Made by a program: the position numbers and the translations under genes | Shown here: positions 9,360-22,075 of the stretch, one piece after another | Layout: each line of letters begins with the position of its first letter | Position numbering within the stretch: the first letter of the stretch is position 1 | Notes under the pieces: model-generated | Seen by the model: only the letters and a program-made list of their open reading frames with translations | Databases searched by the model: none | What the model was told of the DNA's origin: nothing | From: Candidatus Levyibacteriota bacterium | GTDB lineage: Bacteria; Patescibacteriota; Microgenomatia; Levybacterales; UBA12049 | Assembly (NCBI GenBank): GCA_027459725.1 | Contig: DAIDHK010000007.1 | Coordinates: 261 to 64,260, forward strand | DNA: 64,000 nucleotides | Direction of reading: 5' to 3'

Positions 9360-10898
9360 ATGGAAGTTTTTACTCAATACTTAGAACAGTTCAATGAGAT
9401 TGGTTACGTACAGGAAACCATCAGCTCACTGGTGTATGTCTCTGGATTACCCTCTGCCCACCAACAAGAAATGCTCATTTTTGAGAATGGTGTCATTGGC
9501 ATGGTGGGCAATATCACCCAGGAGCTTGTGGAGGTTTTTGTCTTTGCCGCCGAACCTCTTAAGGTAGGCACTAAAGTTGCTCGAACTAACCAGCTTTTTT
9601 CTATTCCCGTAGGTGAAGAATATCTAGGAAATGTTGTTGATCCCTTCGGTAAGTTGCTGGATAAATTTAACTCACTCACCCCACCTAAGACTATGCGTCA
9701 GATTGATTCCCCTCCAGGGGATATTTCTACCAGAAAACGCGTTAACCGTACATTTGATACCGGAATTACGCTGGTAGATATTTTAATCACTTTGGGCAAG
9801 GGCCAGCGGGAATTGGTTATTGGAGATAGAAAAACTGGTAAAACGAACTTCTTATTTCAAACGTTAGTTACACAAGCGCGCCAAGGGGCAATTTGTATTT
9901 ACGCAGCAATTGGTAAAAAACGACTTGATATTAAAGCAGCGGAAACATATTTTAAAAAACAAAATATTTTGTCCCAGACAGTCATCATGGCATCTACCTC
10001 TGATGATCCATCCTCTGTGATCTATATCACTCCTTACTGTGCGATGACACTGGCTGAGTATTTTCGGGATCAGGGCCATGATGTTGTCTTAGTGTTAGAT
10101 GATCTTTATACGCATGCTAAATTCTATCGTGAACTTTCATTGTTGGGAAAACGATTCCCTGCTCGCAATTCCTATCCAGCCGATATTTTTTACACTCATG
10201 CACGTCTATTGGAACGAGCAGGTAACTTTATATCACCTGATGGCAAAGAACGCGCCATAACGTGTCTACCGGTCGCAGAAACTGTACAGGGAGATATGTC
10301 TGGATATATCCAAACTAATTTGATGTCTATGACCGATGGGCACATCTATTTCGACATCGATTCTTTTACACAAGGTCGACGACCTGCTGTGAATCCTTTT
10401 CTTTCTGTCAGTCGTGTCGGACGACAGACTCAGACGGATTTAAAGCGCAGCATCAGTCGTGAAGTATTGAGTTTTTTAACCTTACACGAACATATGGAGC
10501 GCTTTTCTCATTTTGGAGCAGAGGTTACACCAACAATTCGTGACACTCTCAGTACAGGAGAGAGAATACAGCATTTTTTCGACCAGAAAACAGATGTAAT
10601 ACTAGACAGTAATTTACAGCTATTTCTTTTCACTATTCTGTGGTTCGGTTACTGGAATAACAGACCATTTGAGCAAATGAAAAAAGAAGTTGAACAATTA
10701 GTTAAAATATATAACACTGATACAGACTTTCATCAAAAAGTTGACCAGATGACGACAACTAATAAAACTTTAAATGACTTTATGCGGGTAGTAGCTAAAA
10801 ACGTTATACCTTTTTTGGATAAACTATTTCCTCCCTTAATCGCTCCGGCAAATGCTACACCAAACATACAACCTGTAAACAGCAATACTAAATCTTAA
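9360..10898 (+). CDS. atpA: F1 ATPase alpha subunit (divergent)
   Basis: GKGQRELVIGDRKTGKT, YRELSLLGKRFPARNSYPADIFYTHARLLERAG, MTDGHIY, SVSRVG. Confidence 0.95.
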   Translation: MEVFTQYLEQFNEIGYVQETISSLVYVSGLPSAHQQEMLIFENGVIGMVGNITQELVEVFVFAAEPLKVGTKVARTNQLFSIPVGEEYLGNVVDPFGKLLDKFNSLTPPKTMRQIDSPPGDISTRKRVNRTFDTGITLVDILITLGKGQRELVIGDRKTGKTNFLFQTLVTQARQGAICIYAAIGKKRLDIKAAETYFKKQNILSQTVIMASTSDDPSSVIYITPYCAMTLAEYFRDQGHDVVLVLDDLYTHAKFYRELSLLGKRFPARNSYPADIFYTHARLLERAGNFISPDGKERAITCLPVAETVQGDMSGYIQTNLMSMTDGHIYFDIDSFTQGRRPAVNPFLSVSRVGRQTQTDLKRSISREVLSFLTLHEHMERFSHFGAEVTPTIRDTLSTGERIQHFFDQKTDVILDSNLQLFLFTILWFGYWNNRPFEQMKKEVEQLVKIYNTDTDFHQKVDQMTTTNKTLNDFMRVVAKNVIPFLDKLFPPLIAPANATPNIQPVNSNTKS

Positions 10899-10900
10899 TT

Positions 10901-11755
10901 ATGGCCAATAAAATAGAAATAACCAATTTAAATAATCAGATTAAAGGCATACAGAACTTAATTGAAACTTATGAAGAACTAGCAGCATTGCAGATGCGTA
11001 AAAACCGGACTCGTGTAGTTAATAGTCGTTCTTTTATCGAGGATTTGGTGACAATTTATCATGAGCTAATGATTGCTTACCATCGTCAAGCAATGACACG
11101 TCTGAAAGAAAAATTTGCTAAGCAGCAAACTCCAGGACGCACGATTGCGGTCCTTCTGTCATCCAACGTGGGTCTGGTGGGAGAAATCGTTCAACAAACA
11201 TTTAAACTTTTTTCAGACTATATCACAACACATCCTTGTGATATCATGGTAACGGGAAGAATTGGACAAAAAATGATGATGAACCACTTCCCTGACAAAA
11301 AATTTCTTTATTATGAATCATCAGACGAAAATATTGACCCTCAACAGTTATCTTTCATGATCAATATGCTCACTGGTTATGAGAAAATATATATTTTCTA
11401 TGGAAAGTTTAACTCCTTTGCTTCGCAGACCCCCTACGTACTTGATGCACGCGGAGAACAGGAAAAACTTTCAGTACAAAATGTACCTTTAATCCAATAT
11501 CTTTTTGAACCCAGTTTAAACGAGCTATTCCATTTTTTCGAAACACAAATTTTCTCCACTATAATCGAACAAACCTTTCGCGAATCCAATCTGGCAAAAT
11601 ATGCCGCCCGTATGGTAGCTCTCAATAGTGCCACAGACAACGTTAGCAAATATCTTAAGAAACTTAATTTACAACAAAGAGTAATTACGCACCGCATTTC
11701 TAATCAAAAGCAGCAACAGGTCTTTACGAGTATGTCGTTATGGAAATTGCGCTAA
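10901..11755 (+). CDS. atpG: F1 ATPase gamma subunit
   Basis: SSNVGLVG, YLFEP, AARMVALNSATDN; lies between alpha and beta. Confidence 0.9.
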   Translation: MANKIEITNLNNQIKGIQNLIETYEELAALQMRKNRTRVVNSRSFIEDLVTIYHELMIAYHRQAMTRLKEKFAKQQTPGRTIAVLLSSNVGLVGEIVQQTFKLFSDYITTHPCDIMVTGRIGQKMMMNHFPDKKFLYYESSDENIDPQQLSFMINMLTGYEKIYIFYGKFNSFASQTPYVLDARGEQEKLSVQNVPLIQYLFEPSLNELFHFFETQIFSTIIEQTFRESNLAKYAARMVALNSATDNVSKYLKKLNLQQRVITHRISNQKQQQVFTSMSLWKLR

Positions 11756-13445
<1,690 letters not shown>

Positions 13446-13468
13446 CTGAACCAATCTTATTATGGGTC

Positions 13469-13517
13469 TTGACACTATTGCTATACTTTGTTACTTTAGT
13501 AGATATATTGACACTAT
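13469..13517 (+). promoter_or_regulatory. Promoter of the HTH gene with a 10-bp direct repeat TTGACACTAT
   Basis: TTGACA (13469)-17 bp-TACTTT with extended TG; TTGACACTAT at 13469-13478 and 13508-13517. Confidence 0.6.
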
Positions 13518-13748
13518 ATGAGCGATCAAAATACTATTAACGGCAACCATCAAATTTCTATCCAATCTTTACCCGATTTATTAACAGTTCGGGAAGTAGC
13601 AGAAATTTTGAGAGTGTCTCCTCTTACCATTAAACGTTGGGGTAAACGAGGAAAATTACCTGCTATCCGCATTAACACCCGTGGAGATCGCCGTTACAAA
13701 AAAGAAGCTGTTCTCTGGTTACTGGGTATTCAACAAAAATCCGTTTAG
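13518..13748 (+). CDS. BldC/excisionase-like (HTH_17, MerR superfamily) DNA-binding protein
   Basis: LLTVREVAEILRVSPLTIKRWGKRGKLPAIRINTRGDRRYKKEAV. Confidence 0.9.
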   Translation: MSDQNTINGNHQISIQSLPDLLTVREVAEILRVSPLTIKRWGKRGKLPAIRINTRGDRRYKKEAVLWLLGIQQKSV

Positions 13749-13946
13749 TACTTAATCTACTCCTGTTGGTAAAATAATTCCCACTATTTAGATAGCCATT
13801 AACCTTTCACACTGTTTTTTCATAATGTTACATAAATAATGTGCTTTAATTTGTATATTATTGCATATAATTGCATATATATTTAAAAATAAATAATCTT
13901 TTTTTCTTAAGATAAACAGCAAAATTAACTTAAGTTATGATAGAAC

Positions 13947-14819
13947 TTAAACGTTTCGGCGATATGAGGCTTGTTGAGTATGCAAGATTTTTTCTCTGTC
14001 AGTTTTTGTTAAATGCTCTAACAAAAACTGATTAGTTTCTTTAGAGTCCTGGGTATTAACATATACCCCCGTACTCACCTCAAAGCCCCCTATTTTTTTC
14101 TGACGTGGTACTATACGAATGAACCAGTTCTTGCCAAAATAAATAGAAAAGTTAAAGGGAAACTCATGTCCGTGACGAAGATCAAGGATTTCGATTACTC
14201 GCGGAAATAAACTGCTTAATTCCCTAATCTCAGTGTCATTGATTTCTCCGAAACTCAAACCTGACCTTTGTGGAACTATCCAGACTTCATCAGGCCATTG
14301 ACAGATGCTGGGGCTGAAAACTACAAAATTCTCGCTTCTGAATGCATCCTCGGGAATTTGCGATAAGGTAGGAGCATTCAAAGGAATGTCATTTGGTATA
14401 ACTACCACTTGCGTATGAGGATGTGGAATACTTTCCCCACCATCTACTCCTCGATTATGAAACAAGCAGACTTGACCTTTATCTTTATGCAAATTAAACC
14501 TAAGTTTAAAAACTTTTAATATTAATTCAACCTGTTCCTGCGGTAATTCATCAATATTTTTATGATGATCCGGAGAGTGAATTATTAACTCATGTATCGG
14601 GGCAAAGGGATACTTGTTGGTTAAAACTTTAACTAACCATTGGTCACTACTTTCAGATTTAACTTGGTATAAAACATTTTCTCCACTCTCTTTACAAAAT
14701 GGACATACAAAGAATTCTTTCTTAGCCACATTTGGTCTTAATGCTCTTTGAAAAGATTGTACAATCCATTGTGGCTGAGTAGTAAGTTTGAGAAATATAA
14801 ACGATGATTGGTCAGACAT
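13947..14819 (-). CDS. Galactose-1-phosphate uridylyltransferase-like (GalT/HIT superfamily)
   Basis: CPFC, NKYP, HELIIHSPDH, GESIPHPHTQ (HxHxQ). Confidence 0.85.
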   Translation of the reverse strand: MSDQSSFIFLKLTTQPQWIVQSFQRALRPNVAKKEFFVCPFCKESGENVLYQVKSESSDQWLVKVLTNKYPFAPIHELIIHSPDHHKNIDELPQEQVELILKVFKLRFNLHKDKGQVCLFHNRGVDGGESIPHPHTQVVVIPNDIPLNAPTLSQIPEDAFRSENFVVFSPSICQWPDEVWIVPQRSGLSFGEINDTEIRELSSLFPRVIEILDLRHGHEFPFNFSIYFGKNWFIRIVPRQKKIGGFEVSTGVYVNTQDSKETNQFLLEHLTKTDREKILHTQQASYRRNV

Positions 14820-15064
14820 ATTGTATTTATATACCAACCATGTCTACAATTGCAATTTGAAATTAAAAGCGTAGAGAAACAATAATGAAATAGCTATATT
14901 CATACATAATCATTAACTTGTATCTAATTAGTGGGTATTCTCTTCTAGTATCTCTTAGCTATCATTTAATTGTCAAAAGTATAAATTATTGTTATATTAA
15001 TTTTATCTCTAATTATTGACATACTTTACTTATAGTAACATTTGGGATAAAATCGCCAAACATT

Positions 15065-16234
15065 ATGACTAATCTTAAAAAAGTCGCCATTCTTACTTCT
15101 CTATCAGGAGGATTGGGTCATTATGCTGCACATCTGTCTGGACCACTCTCGAAGGAATTTAGCATTAAATTTATCTCATATCCACAATTAGATTCAAGTG
15201 GAACAACGGTAAAGCAAATAACTGATTCACTTGTTCGTCAATATATAAAATGGCCACGTTTTGATTTGGATGATAAAGACCCAATCAGTATAGTTTCAAT
15301 ACTTGAATATATCAATTCACATGATATTGATCTAATTAATATTCATATAGGTACAACCGTAAAAGAGAAAGTTCTTTACTTCATCTCACTTTGTTTATAT
15401 GCAAAAACTTTTCATCGAAAAAAATTTGTATTTACATTACATGATGTCTTACCATTTGAAGAAAATAAGAAACTTATTAAACTTCTTAAAGTCTTTTATA
15501 ATCTCGGGGATTACTTTACCGTAGGTAATGAAGAAGAGAAGAAGAAACTAATAAAATATTTTCAGATATCTGAAGCCAAAATAAGCATAATACCACATGG
15601 AATTTATAACCTATTTAATAAAAAAGTTTATACTCAAAATTTTGCACGTAGTTATTTAGGTATTCCACAAGATAAAAAAGTTCTTCTATTCTTTGGCTGG
15701 TTAAGACCTTATAAGGGATTTGAATACTTAGTTCAGGCTGTAAAAATCATGTTAAAAAAAGATCCTAATTTTATTATCTATGTCGCTTCAGGACTAAAAT
15801 ATACCCCAAAAAGCCTATTAGAAAAATATTTCCACCTTATGAAAAGGTATGGCGTACAAGATCAATTTGTATTAAACCTCAATTATTTAGATAGCTTAGA
15901 AGTCGAAGCTGTTTTCCAGGCAAGCGATGCAGTGATTCTCCCATATACCCATGTCTCTCAAAGTGGGGTAGAACAAATGGCATTCGGATTTAAAAAGCCG
16001 GTTGTTGTTACCGATGTTTTTCCTGATAAAACATGGATTAATAAAAAAGCTGGGCTAATAGCTAAAACTGCTGACGCAACAGATATAGCAGATAAACTAT
16101 TAGAACTAATTTCAGATCCTCAAAGAATGATAGAGTATGGGGAGTTTGGTTATCAATACAGTATGGAAAACTTCAATTGGGAGTTAATTGCTGGAAAGTA
16201 TGCTGCAGTCTACCATAAAGTTCTAACTAAGTAA
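15065..16234 (+). CDS. Glycosyltransferase family 4
   Basis: IIPHG, LFFGWLRPYKGFEYL, ASDAVILPY. Confidence 0.9.
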   Translation: MTNLKKVAILTSLSGGLGHYAAHLSGPLSKEFSIKFISYPQLDSSGTTVKQITDSLVRQYIKWPRFDLDDKDPISIVSILEYINSHDIDLINIHIGTTVKEKVLYFISLCLYAKTFHRKKFVFTLHDVLPFEENKKLIKLLKVFYNLGDYFTVGNEEEKKKLIKYFQISEAKISIIPHGIYNLFNKKVYTQNFARSYLGIPQDKKVLLFFGWLRPYKGFEYLVQAVKIMLKKDPNFIIYVASGLKYTPKSLLEKYFHLMKRYGVQDQFVLNLNYLDSLEVEAVFQASDAVILPYTHVSQSGVEQMAFGFKKPVVVTDVFPDKTWINKKAGLIAKTADATDIADKLLELISDPQRMIEYGEFGYQYSMENFNWELIAGKYAAVYHKVLTK

Positions 16235-16285
16235 TATTTACTTAAAACTTTATTCTCTGCTCACATATTATAAGCTGATAAAAAA

Positions 16286-17428
16286 ATGAAGATTTGTTTT
16301 ATTTCTCCCTTTCCCCCTAGACATGATGGTATTTCTGAGTTTAATCAAGATCTAATACATGGTCTAGAAAAAAACTATACATTTGAATATATTGGTATTG
16401 CTATTAATCAAAATAATGAGGTTATCAAATATGATAAACATATCATTTTTCAAATTAGAAAAGACCAGCTAGAAGATTACTTGCAGGCAGCAGTCATGGT
16501 TAATCAAAGCGATGCTAACATCATATGTCTACAATTAGAATATGCATTATTCGGCGGATTTGATGGTAAATATATATTTGATCTTATACGAGGTCTCAAA
16601 AAGAAGCTTATAATCATTGTTCATGGAATTCCTATCAATTCATACTCAAGGAGGAAGAAGACTAGAAAAAAATTCTTTCAAAAAATCTCACCATACGTTG
16701 AGGCTTTCATTACCATCAACCCCCTGGAGAAAAAGATTTTAGAAGGTTGGGGAATAAATAATAAGATATACAACATTTTTCACGGAGCACCAGATGAGAT
16801 CTTGAATTACCATAAATCAGCTTCCAGAACTGCACTAAAAATAAAAGACGAACTTATAGTTTTCAACTTCGGATTAATCCATGAAAAGAAAGGATTAGAA
16901 TATTTATTAATAGCTTTTAATGAGTTTTCGAAAAAAAATACTCTGGCTAAATTAATAATAGCTGGAGAGTCATTACTGGGTGCAAAAAACAACGACTACC
17001 TATCTTCCCTGATGCAATATGTAAAGAAAGAACATTTGACCAATCAAGTAACTTTTATTAATAAATTTTTACAACATGATGAACTATATACATACATTGC
17101 ATCAGCAGATATTATTGTTTTCCCATATATAAAACGCGATTTGGTTTCAAGTGGACCATTATCTTTTGCAATTTTAGCTGATAAATTTATAATCACTACC
17201 AATTTCCCTTACGCAAGAGTATTATTAAATAAGGATCAAGCATATTTTGTTCACTATAAAAATGCATTAGACATTAAACGAGGTTTAGAGTTTTATGTTG
17301 ACAATAGGGATACCAAGATAAAAAATATGTTAAATGGGCTCAAAAATAGAGCTGGAGTAATAGCTTGGAGTATGATTTCACAGCAGTATTATAGGGTTCT
17401 AGTAAACATACTAAAATCTAATGACTAA
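16286..17428 (+). CDS. Glycosyltransferase family 4
   Basis: SPFPPRHDGISEF, FGLIHEKKGLEYL, SADIIVFPY. Confidence 0.9.
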   Translation: MKICFISPFPPRHDGISEFNQDLIHGLEKNYTFEYIGIAINQNNEVIKYDKHIIFQIRKDQLEDYLQAAVMVNQSDANIICLQLEYALFGGFDGKYIFDLIRGLKKKLIIIVHGIPINSYSRRKKTRKKFFQKISPYVEAFITINPLEKKILEGWGINNKIYNIFHGAPDEILNYHKSASRTALKIKDELIVFNFGLIHEKKGLEYLLIAFNEFSKKNTLAKLIIAGESLLGAKNNDYLSSLMQYVKKEHLTNQVTFINKFLQHDELYTYIASADIIVFPYIKRDLVSSGPLSFAILADKFIITTNFPYARVLLNKDQAYFVHYKNALDIKRGLEFYVDNRDTKIKNMLNGLKNRAGVIAWSMISQQYYRVLVNILKSND

Positions 17429-18599
17429 ACTAAGTTCAAAAAAAATAAAAATTGGCTTTATTAATACAAACCGGGATCCATATCCTCTCCCACCAGCCTC
17501 AATTAATGGCGGAATGTGGATTACTGGCAAACTAGTAGAAGCTTTTGCGCCAAAGGAAAATTTTGAAGTATATTTCTTTACTACCGAAGATTCTAAAGTT
17601 CCAGAAACTGTACATAAAATTACACTCGGGTTAGAATCTCTATATAAACAATATGGAACAAAGGTCTTTTTACCTGAGTACAAAACACGTCATGTCTTCT
17701 ATCAACAACTTTTACTGGCAGAAGCAATAAAACATACAGATTTAGATCTTCTACATATTCATAACTATTTCCCTCATGCAGCAAATTTCTTGGAGTATTT
17801 TAAAATACCCATTGTATATACACTTCATAATCCTATCGTAGATTACCATAAAATATTTTTTACTCATAGATCTCTTCCACGATCATATTTTATTACCTTG
17901 ACGGAATATCAGGATATCAAAGCAAAAAAAGCAAAAATACCAGTTGTCGCTAAGATCGTAAACGGGGTAGATACACAGATATTTAATTTCAGCCCTGAAG
18001 GCGGAGATTCAATCTTCTTTCCCAGTAGAGTTGCAAGTGAAAAAGGAATTCTTGAAGCAATTACCATTGCTGACAATACAAGACAAATACTCAGCCTTTC
18101 AAGTATAAATATTGACAATCCAACAAATCTTGAACAACAAGTACTTTCTATTACTAAATCTAAGCCCAGTATTAAAATATTACATAATAAAAATCAGGCA
18201 GATATGGTGAATAGTTATCGAAAATCAAAGCTTAGCCTATTCCCAATTCAATGGGATGAACCTTTTGGATTGGTCATGATTGAATCAATGGCAATTGGTA
18301 CACCTGTTCTTGCCTTAGCACGTGGTTCTGTACCTGAAATTATTAAAGATGGCGAGACTGGATTCATAGTGAATCCGTCAGATGATGATATTCGAGGCAA
18401 TTGGATAATTAAAAAAACGGGTGTTGAGGGACTCTGTGAAGCTGTTAATAGAATTTACTCAATGTCACCAGATGAGTATAAACAAATGCGCTTAAATTGC
18501 CGCAAGCTTGTTGAAAAATATTTTACGGTTGAGAAAATGGTTGATAGCTATGAAGAAGTCTATCAACAAATCTTACAATTATCAGCCATTAAATCTTAA
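17421..18599 (+). CDS. Glycosyltransferase family 4
   Basis: EKG, FPIQWDEPFGLVMIESMAIGTPV. Confidence 0.9.
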   Translation: MTKLSSKKIKIGFINTNRDPYPLPPASINGGMWITGKLVEAFAPKENFEVYFFTTEDSKVPETVHKITLGLESLYKQYGTKVFLPEYKTRHVFYQQLLLAEAIKHTDLDLLHIHNYFPHAANFLEYFKIPIVYTLHNPIVDYHKIFFTHRSLPRSYFITLTEYQDIKAKKAKIPVVAKIVNGVDTQIFNFSPEGGDSIFFPSRVASEKGILEAITIADNTRQILSLSSINIDNPTNLEQQVLSITKSKPSIKILHNKNQADMVNSYRKSKLSLFPIQWDEPFGLVMIESMAIGTPVLALARGSVPEIIKDGETGFIVNPSDDDIRGNWIIKKTGVEGLCEAVNRIYSMSPDEYKQMRLNCRKLVEKYFTVEKMVDSYEEVYQQILQLSAIKS

Positions 18600-19357
18600 T
18601 GCTTCGTTAGCTTCATCTGTAATACTAAGGCAATAAACTCAATCAATGCCAACTGTCTCTTCCATCTCCACGGTTGACGAATTAAACGATAAAACCATTC
18701 CAGACCTATCCTACGTAATAAGTAAGGGGCTCTCGAAACTTCAGCGCTAATATAATCAAACGATCCTCCTACTGCCATAGCAGATTTTACAGATAATTTT
18801 GGCAAGTTTTGCGCAATCCATTGCTCTTGTTTAGGAAAACCAAAAGCAACAAATAGTATATCTACCGATATGTCTTTGCCATCCCATTCTGAGGCTACAA
18901 AATCGATTTTGAGATTGTGATATTTTTTTATTAAGCACTCTGCTGTCTTATCTGCTATGCCCGGTCCGGCTCCCAATAATCCTATCCTTATAGGATTTTC
19001 ATTGCTTTTTTGACATAAATTTAGCATAAAATCTATTCCTGTAATCCGTTCTCTTAAGGGTTTGCCTAAATATGAAGCTGCCCATGTTATGCCTATACCG
19101 TCGGGCAAGTTAATTTGCGCCTGATTTAGTAAATTTTGAAATTCAGGATGAGATTTTGCATACACAACTATTTCCGGATTTGGAGTAAAAATCAACAACT
19201 TATTATTCTTGTCTAATGGTTTTTGTACAAAATCAATAACATACTCCAGGACATCGTTAGCAGTCATATCAATCATTTGCAAATCGATAATATTTTTTTT
19301 CACGAGATTATCAGATGGTAGATTTATTAATCTATTAGATACATTTTTACGTGTCAT
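18596..19357 (-). CDS. WecB/TagA/CpsF family glycosyltransferase
   Basis: TPNPE, PDGIG, RITGID, GFPKQE, VGGSFD, GLEWFYRL. Confidence 0.92.
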   Translation of the reverse strand: MTRKNVSNRLINLPSDNLVKKNIIDLQMIDMTANDVLEYVIDFVQKPLDKNNKLLIFTPNPEIVVYAKSHPEFQNLLNQAQINLPDGIGITWAASYLGKPLRERITGIDFMLNLCQKSNENPIRIGLLGAGPGIADKTAECLIKKYHNLKIDFVASEWDGKDISVDILFVAFGFPKQEQWIAQNLPKLSVKSAMAVGGSFDYISAEVSRAPYLLRRIGLEWFYRLIRQPWRWKRQLALIEFIALVLQMKLTKH

Positions 19358-19583
19358 ATATAACTATTGTATACTCTTTGTCTTCTTTTTGTATGCTCGC
19401 ATATTAGGCATTTAGCCTTAGAAAACTGCGATGTATTTTAGCATAAATTAAAATAGGATTTAATATTACTCAATTTCTGTGAAAAATATATATTTTAATC
19501 CTTAAAGGTGAAGCTATAATTTTCTTTTTATTTATTATAAGTTATGCATCTATTTTCACTGATCCTAAGTAACTTGAAATGCC

Positions 19584-20630
19584 TCACTTCCTATTTATAC
19601 TCCTCTTATACAGCTCAATATTCTCCATCGCGACCCCTGTTCCTTTAACCACACATAACAAAGCGTCTTCCGCTACATGACATGGAACTCCGGTAGCATG
19701 AGTCATAAGCTTATCTAAATTGGTTAAAAGCGAGGTTCCCCCTGATAAAACAATTCCTTTATCGATAACATCAGCGGCTAATTCAGGCGGACATTGCTCT
19801 AGCACTAACTTAACTCCATTGATAATCTCATTTAAAACAGACTTAATAGCTTCATTAATTTGAACTTCATCGACCTCAATCGTGCGTGGCAAACCTGTGA
19901 CATTATCCCGACCTCGTATTTCCATCTTTTTCAGATTTGTCTGGTGTTTGTTAGTACCTTTTTCTTCCTCGATAAATGCATTGCCTATACTGATTTTAAT
20001 TTGTTCAGCAGTCGTCTCACCCACCAACAGATTGAATTTCTTTCGAATATACGTGGCGATAGCTTCGTCCAATTTATTACCAGCCACTCTCACAGAGCTA
20101 TGAACAACTACTCCACCCAGGGAAATAACAGCTGATTCAGTAGAGCCTCCCCCAATGTTTACAATCATGTGACCCGCGGGCTGAGCAATTGGTATTTTTG
20201 CCCCAATTGCAGCTGCCAAAGGCTCATCTATCAGATAAGCTACTCGAGCGCCAGCTGTCATAGCAGCATCAAGCACTGCACGTCTTTCAACCTGAGTGAC
20301 GCCTGAAGGTATACAGACCATTACTTCAGGTTTAAAGAAACGTGCTTTGCCACAAGCCTTGTCAATAAAATATGAAAGCATGGATTCGGTAATGGTATAA
20401 TCTGCAATGACTCCATCCCGAAGCGGACGCATGGCTATCACATTGCCAGGAGTTCTGCCAAGCATTTCCTTGGCTTCGCTTCCTACAGCCACTACTCGGT
20501 TATCTTCAGCCGTCACAGCGACCACGGTAGGTTCATTCAAGACAATTCCTTCACCGGTAAGGTAGACCAATGTATTGGCTGTTCCTAAATCTATACCTAT
20601 TCTTTTGGAAGTTGGCAGATTAAATTTCAT
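19584..20630 (-). CDS. mreB: Rod shape-determining actin-like ATPase MreB
   Basis: IGIDLGTANT, EPTVVA, RPLRDGVIAD, EPLAAAIGA, NIGGGSTE. Confidence 0.95.
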   Translation of the reverse strand: MKFNLPTSKRIGIDLGTANTLVYLTGEGIVLNEPTVVAVTAEDNRVVAVGSEAKEMLGRTPGNVIAMRPLRDGVIADYTITESMLSYFIDKACGKARFFKPEVMVCIPSGVTQVERRAVLDAAMTAGARVAYLIDEPLAAAIGAKIPIAQPAGHMIVNIGGGSTESAVISLGGVVVHSSVRVAGNKLDEAIATYIRKKFNLLVGETTAEQIKISIGNAFIEEEKGTNKHQTNLKKMEIRGRDNVTGLPRTIEVDEVQINEAIKSVLNEIINGVKLVLEQCPPELAADVIDKGIVLSGGTSLLTNLDKLMTHATGVPCHVAEDALLCVVKGTGVAMENIELYKRSINRK

Positions 20631-20765
20631 ATGAGAGTCAAAAATTATCAATAACTATATCTAAATATTACCTATCTATATCACCCAATGCCTAGTACAA
20701 TTTGATTATAACACGCGAGTATCGGGTTGCAACATAGACATAGACAAACTATAATTCAGTTAACT

Positions 20766-22046
20766 ATGCCGGATAAAAAAATTAATCTTACCGAAGAACT
20801 TAATCGTTCGATACGCCGTCAGATAATAACCAGTATTCTTACCTTGATACTACTAATCATTATTACTACTGGTTTTGTGCTTTATGGCATGGGATATAGA
20901 CTTAACTTCACAGCCAAAAATACCCCTATACTAGCTCATACAGGTATTTTAAACGCTCAAAGCTCACCTACCGGGGCAGAAGTGTGGGTAGATGGACATC
21001 CCACCACTGCCACTAATAATACTGTAAATCTGACCCCTGGTATATATACCATTACAATTACTAAAGATGGATATATACCCTGGAAGAAAGATGTAATGAT
21101 AGAAGATCAGGTCGTATCAAATGTAAACGCCCGCCTATTTCCCCAAGCCCCAACCTTACAAAGTATCTCTTCGGTAGGAATAAGTGATCCGGTCATGGAT
21201 CCTTCCGGTACAAAATTAGCCTTCACTATTGCCTCTCAATCAGCACAGAAAAACGATGGTATCTATGTTTTGAATATGACTTCACAGAATTTCCCGGTCT
21301 TACCCCTACAGAGTTCTTCAATACAAATTGCTGATGAATCGACGGGTATCCCTTTCTCACAGGCACAACTTTCCTGGTCTCCTGATGGTCAGCAAATTAT
21401 AGCCAGCGTCTCTGCTACTCCTACACAACCGGCTACTGTCTATTTACTGCAGGCTAATCAGCTTAACACAACAGCCCAGGATATAACCGCTACTTTACCT
21501 TCCGTTGAAGCTAACTGGCAAACTTTAGAAAATCAACAAAGTAAAGCCAGACTAGCTTCGCTTAATCCCGCTGTGCGTCAATTACTTACTCACTTCAATA
21601 TTATTTCCTATTCTCCCGATGGTACTAAGATCTTATATCAGGCTAAAGACAACTATACTCTGCCTATAATTATTAAGCCTAGACGAATTGGGAACAATTT
21701 GCTCTATGAACAGAGATCTCTACAAAAGAATAGTATTTATGTCTATGACATTACCGAAGACGTTAATACACGCGTATTAGATTATTCCCCGGTAGCCTGT
21801 GATGTAACTAAAAAAGACTGCCAAGTGCCTCTAACTTGGTTCCCAGATTCGAATCATCTTGTTTATGTCTATGATAAGAAAATTAATATCGTAGAAGCAG
21901 ATGGATCAAATATGACAACTATCTATGCTGGCCCTTTTGTAGGTAATTATGCTTTTCCGTGGCCCGATGGTTCCAAGTTGGTAATCTTAACTAACCTAGG
22001 CAACACATCTATTCAGCCTACACTTTATACCATAGGCTTGCAGTAA
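20766..22046 (+). CDS. Membrane-anchored PEGA domain plus TolB-like beta-propeller protein
   Basis: TM helix, SSPTGAEVWVDG...PGIYTITITKDGYIPW, repeated WSPDG/YSPDG/WPDG. Confidence 0.8.
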   Translation: MPDKKINLTEELNRSIRRQIITSILTLILLIIITTGFVLYGMGYRLNFTAKNTPILAHTGILNAQSSPTGAEVWVDGHPTTATNNTVNLTPGIYTITITKDGYIPWKKDVMIEDQVVSNVNARLFPQAPTLQSISSVGISDPVMDPSGTKLAFTIASQSAQKNDGIYVLNMTSQNFPVLPLQSSSIQIADESTGIPFSQAQLSWSPDGQQIIASVSATPTQPATVYLLQANQLNTTAQDITATLPSVEANWQTLENQQSKARLASLNPAVRQLLTHFNIISYSPDGTKILYQAKDNYTLPIIIKPRRIGNNLLYEQRSLQKNSIYVYDITEDVNTRVLDYSPVACDVTKKDCQVPLTWFPDSNHLVYVYDKKINIVEADGSNMTTIYAGPFVGNYAFPWPDGSKLVILTNLGNTSIQPTLYTIGLQ

Positions 22047-22075
22047 GGCTAAGTAATAGTTAGCATTCAAAACCC

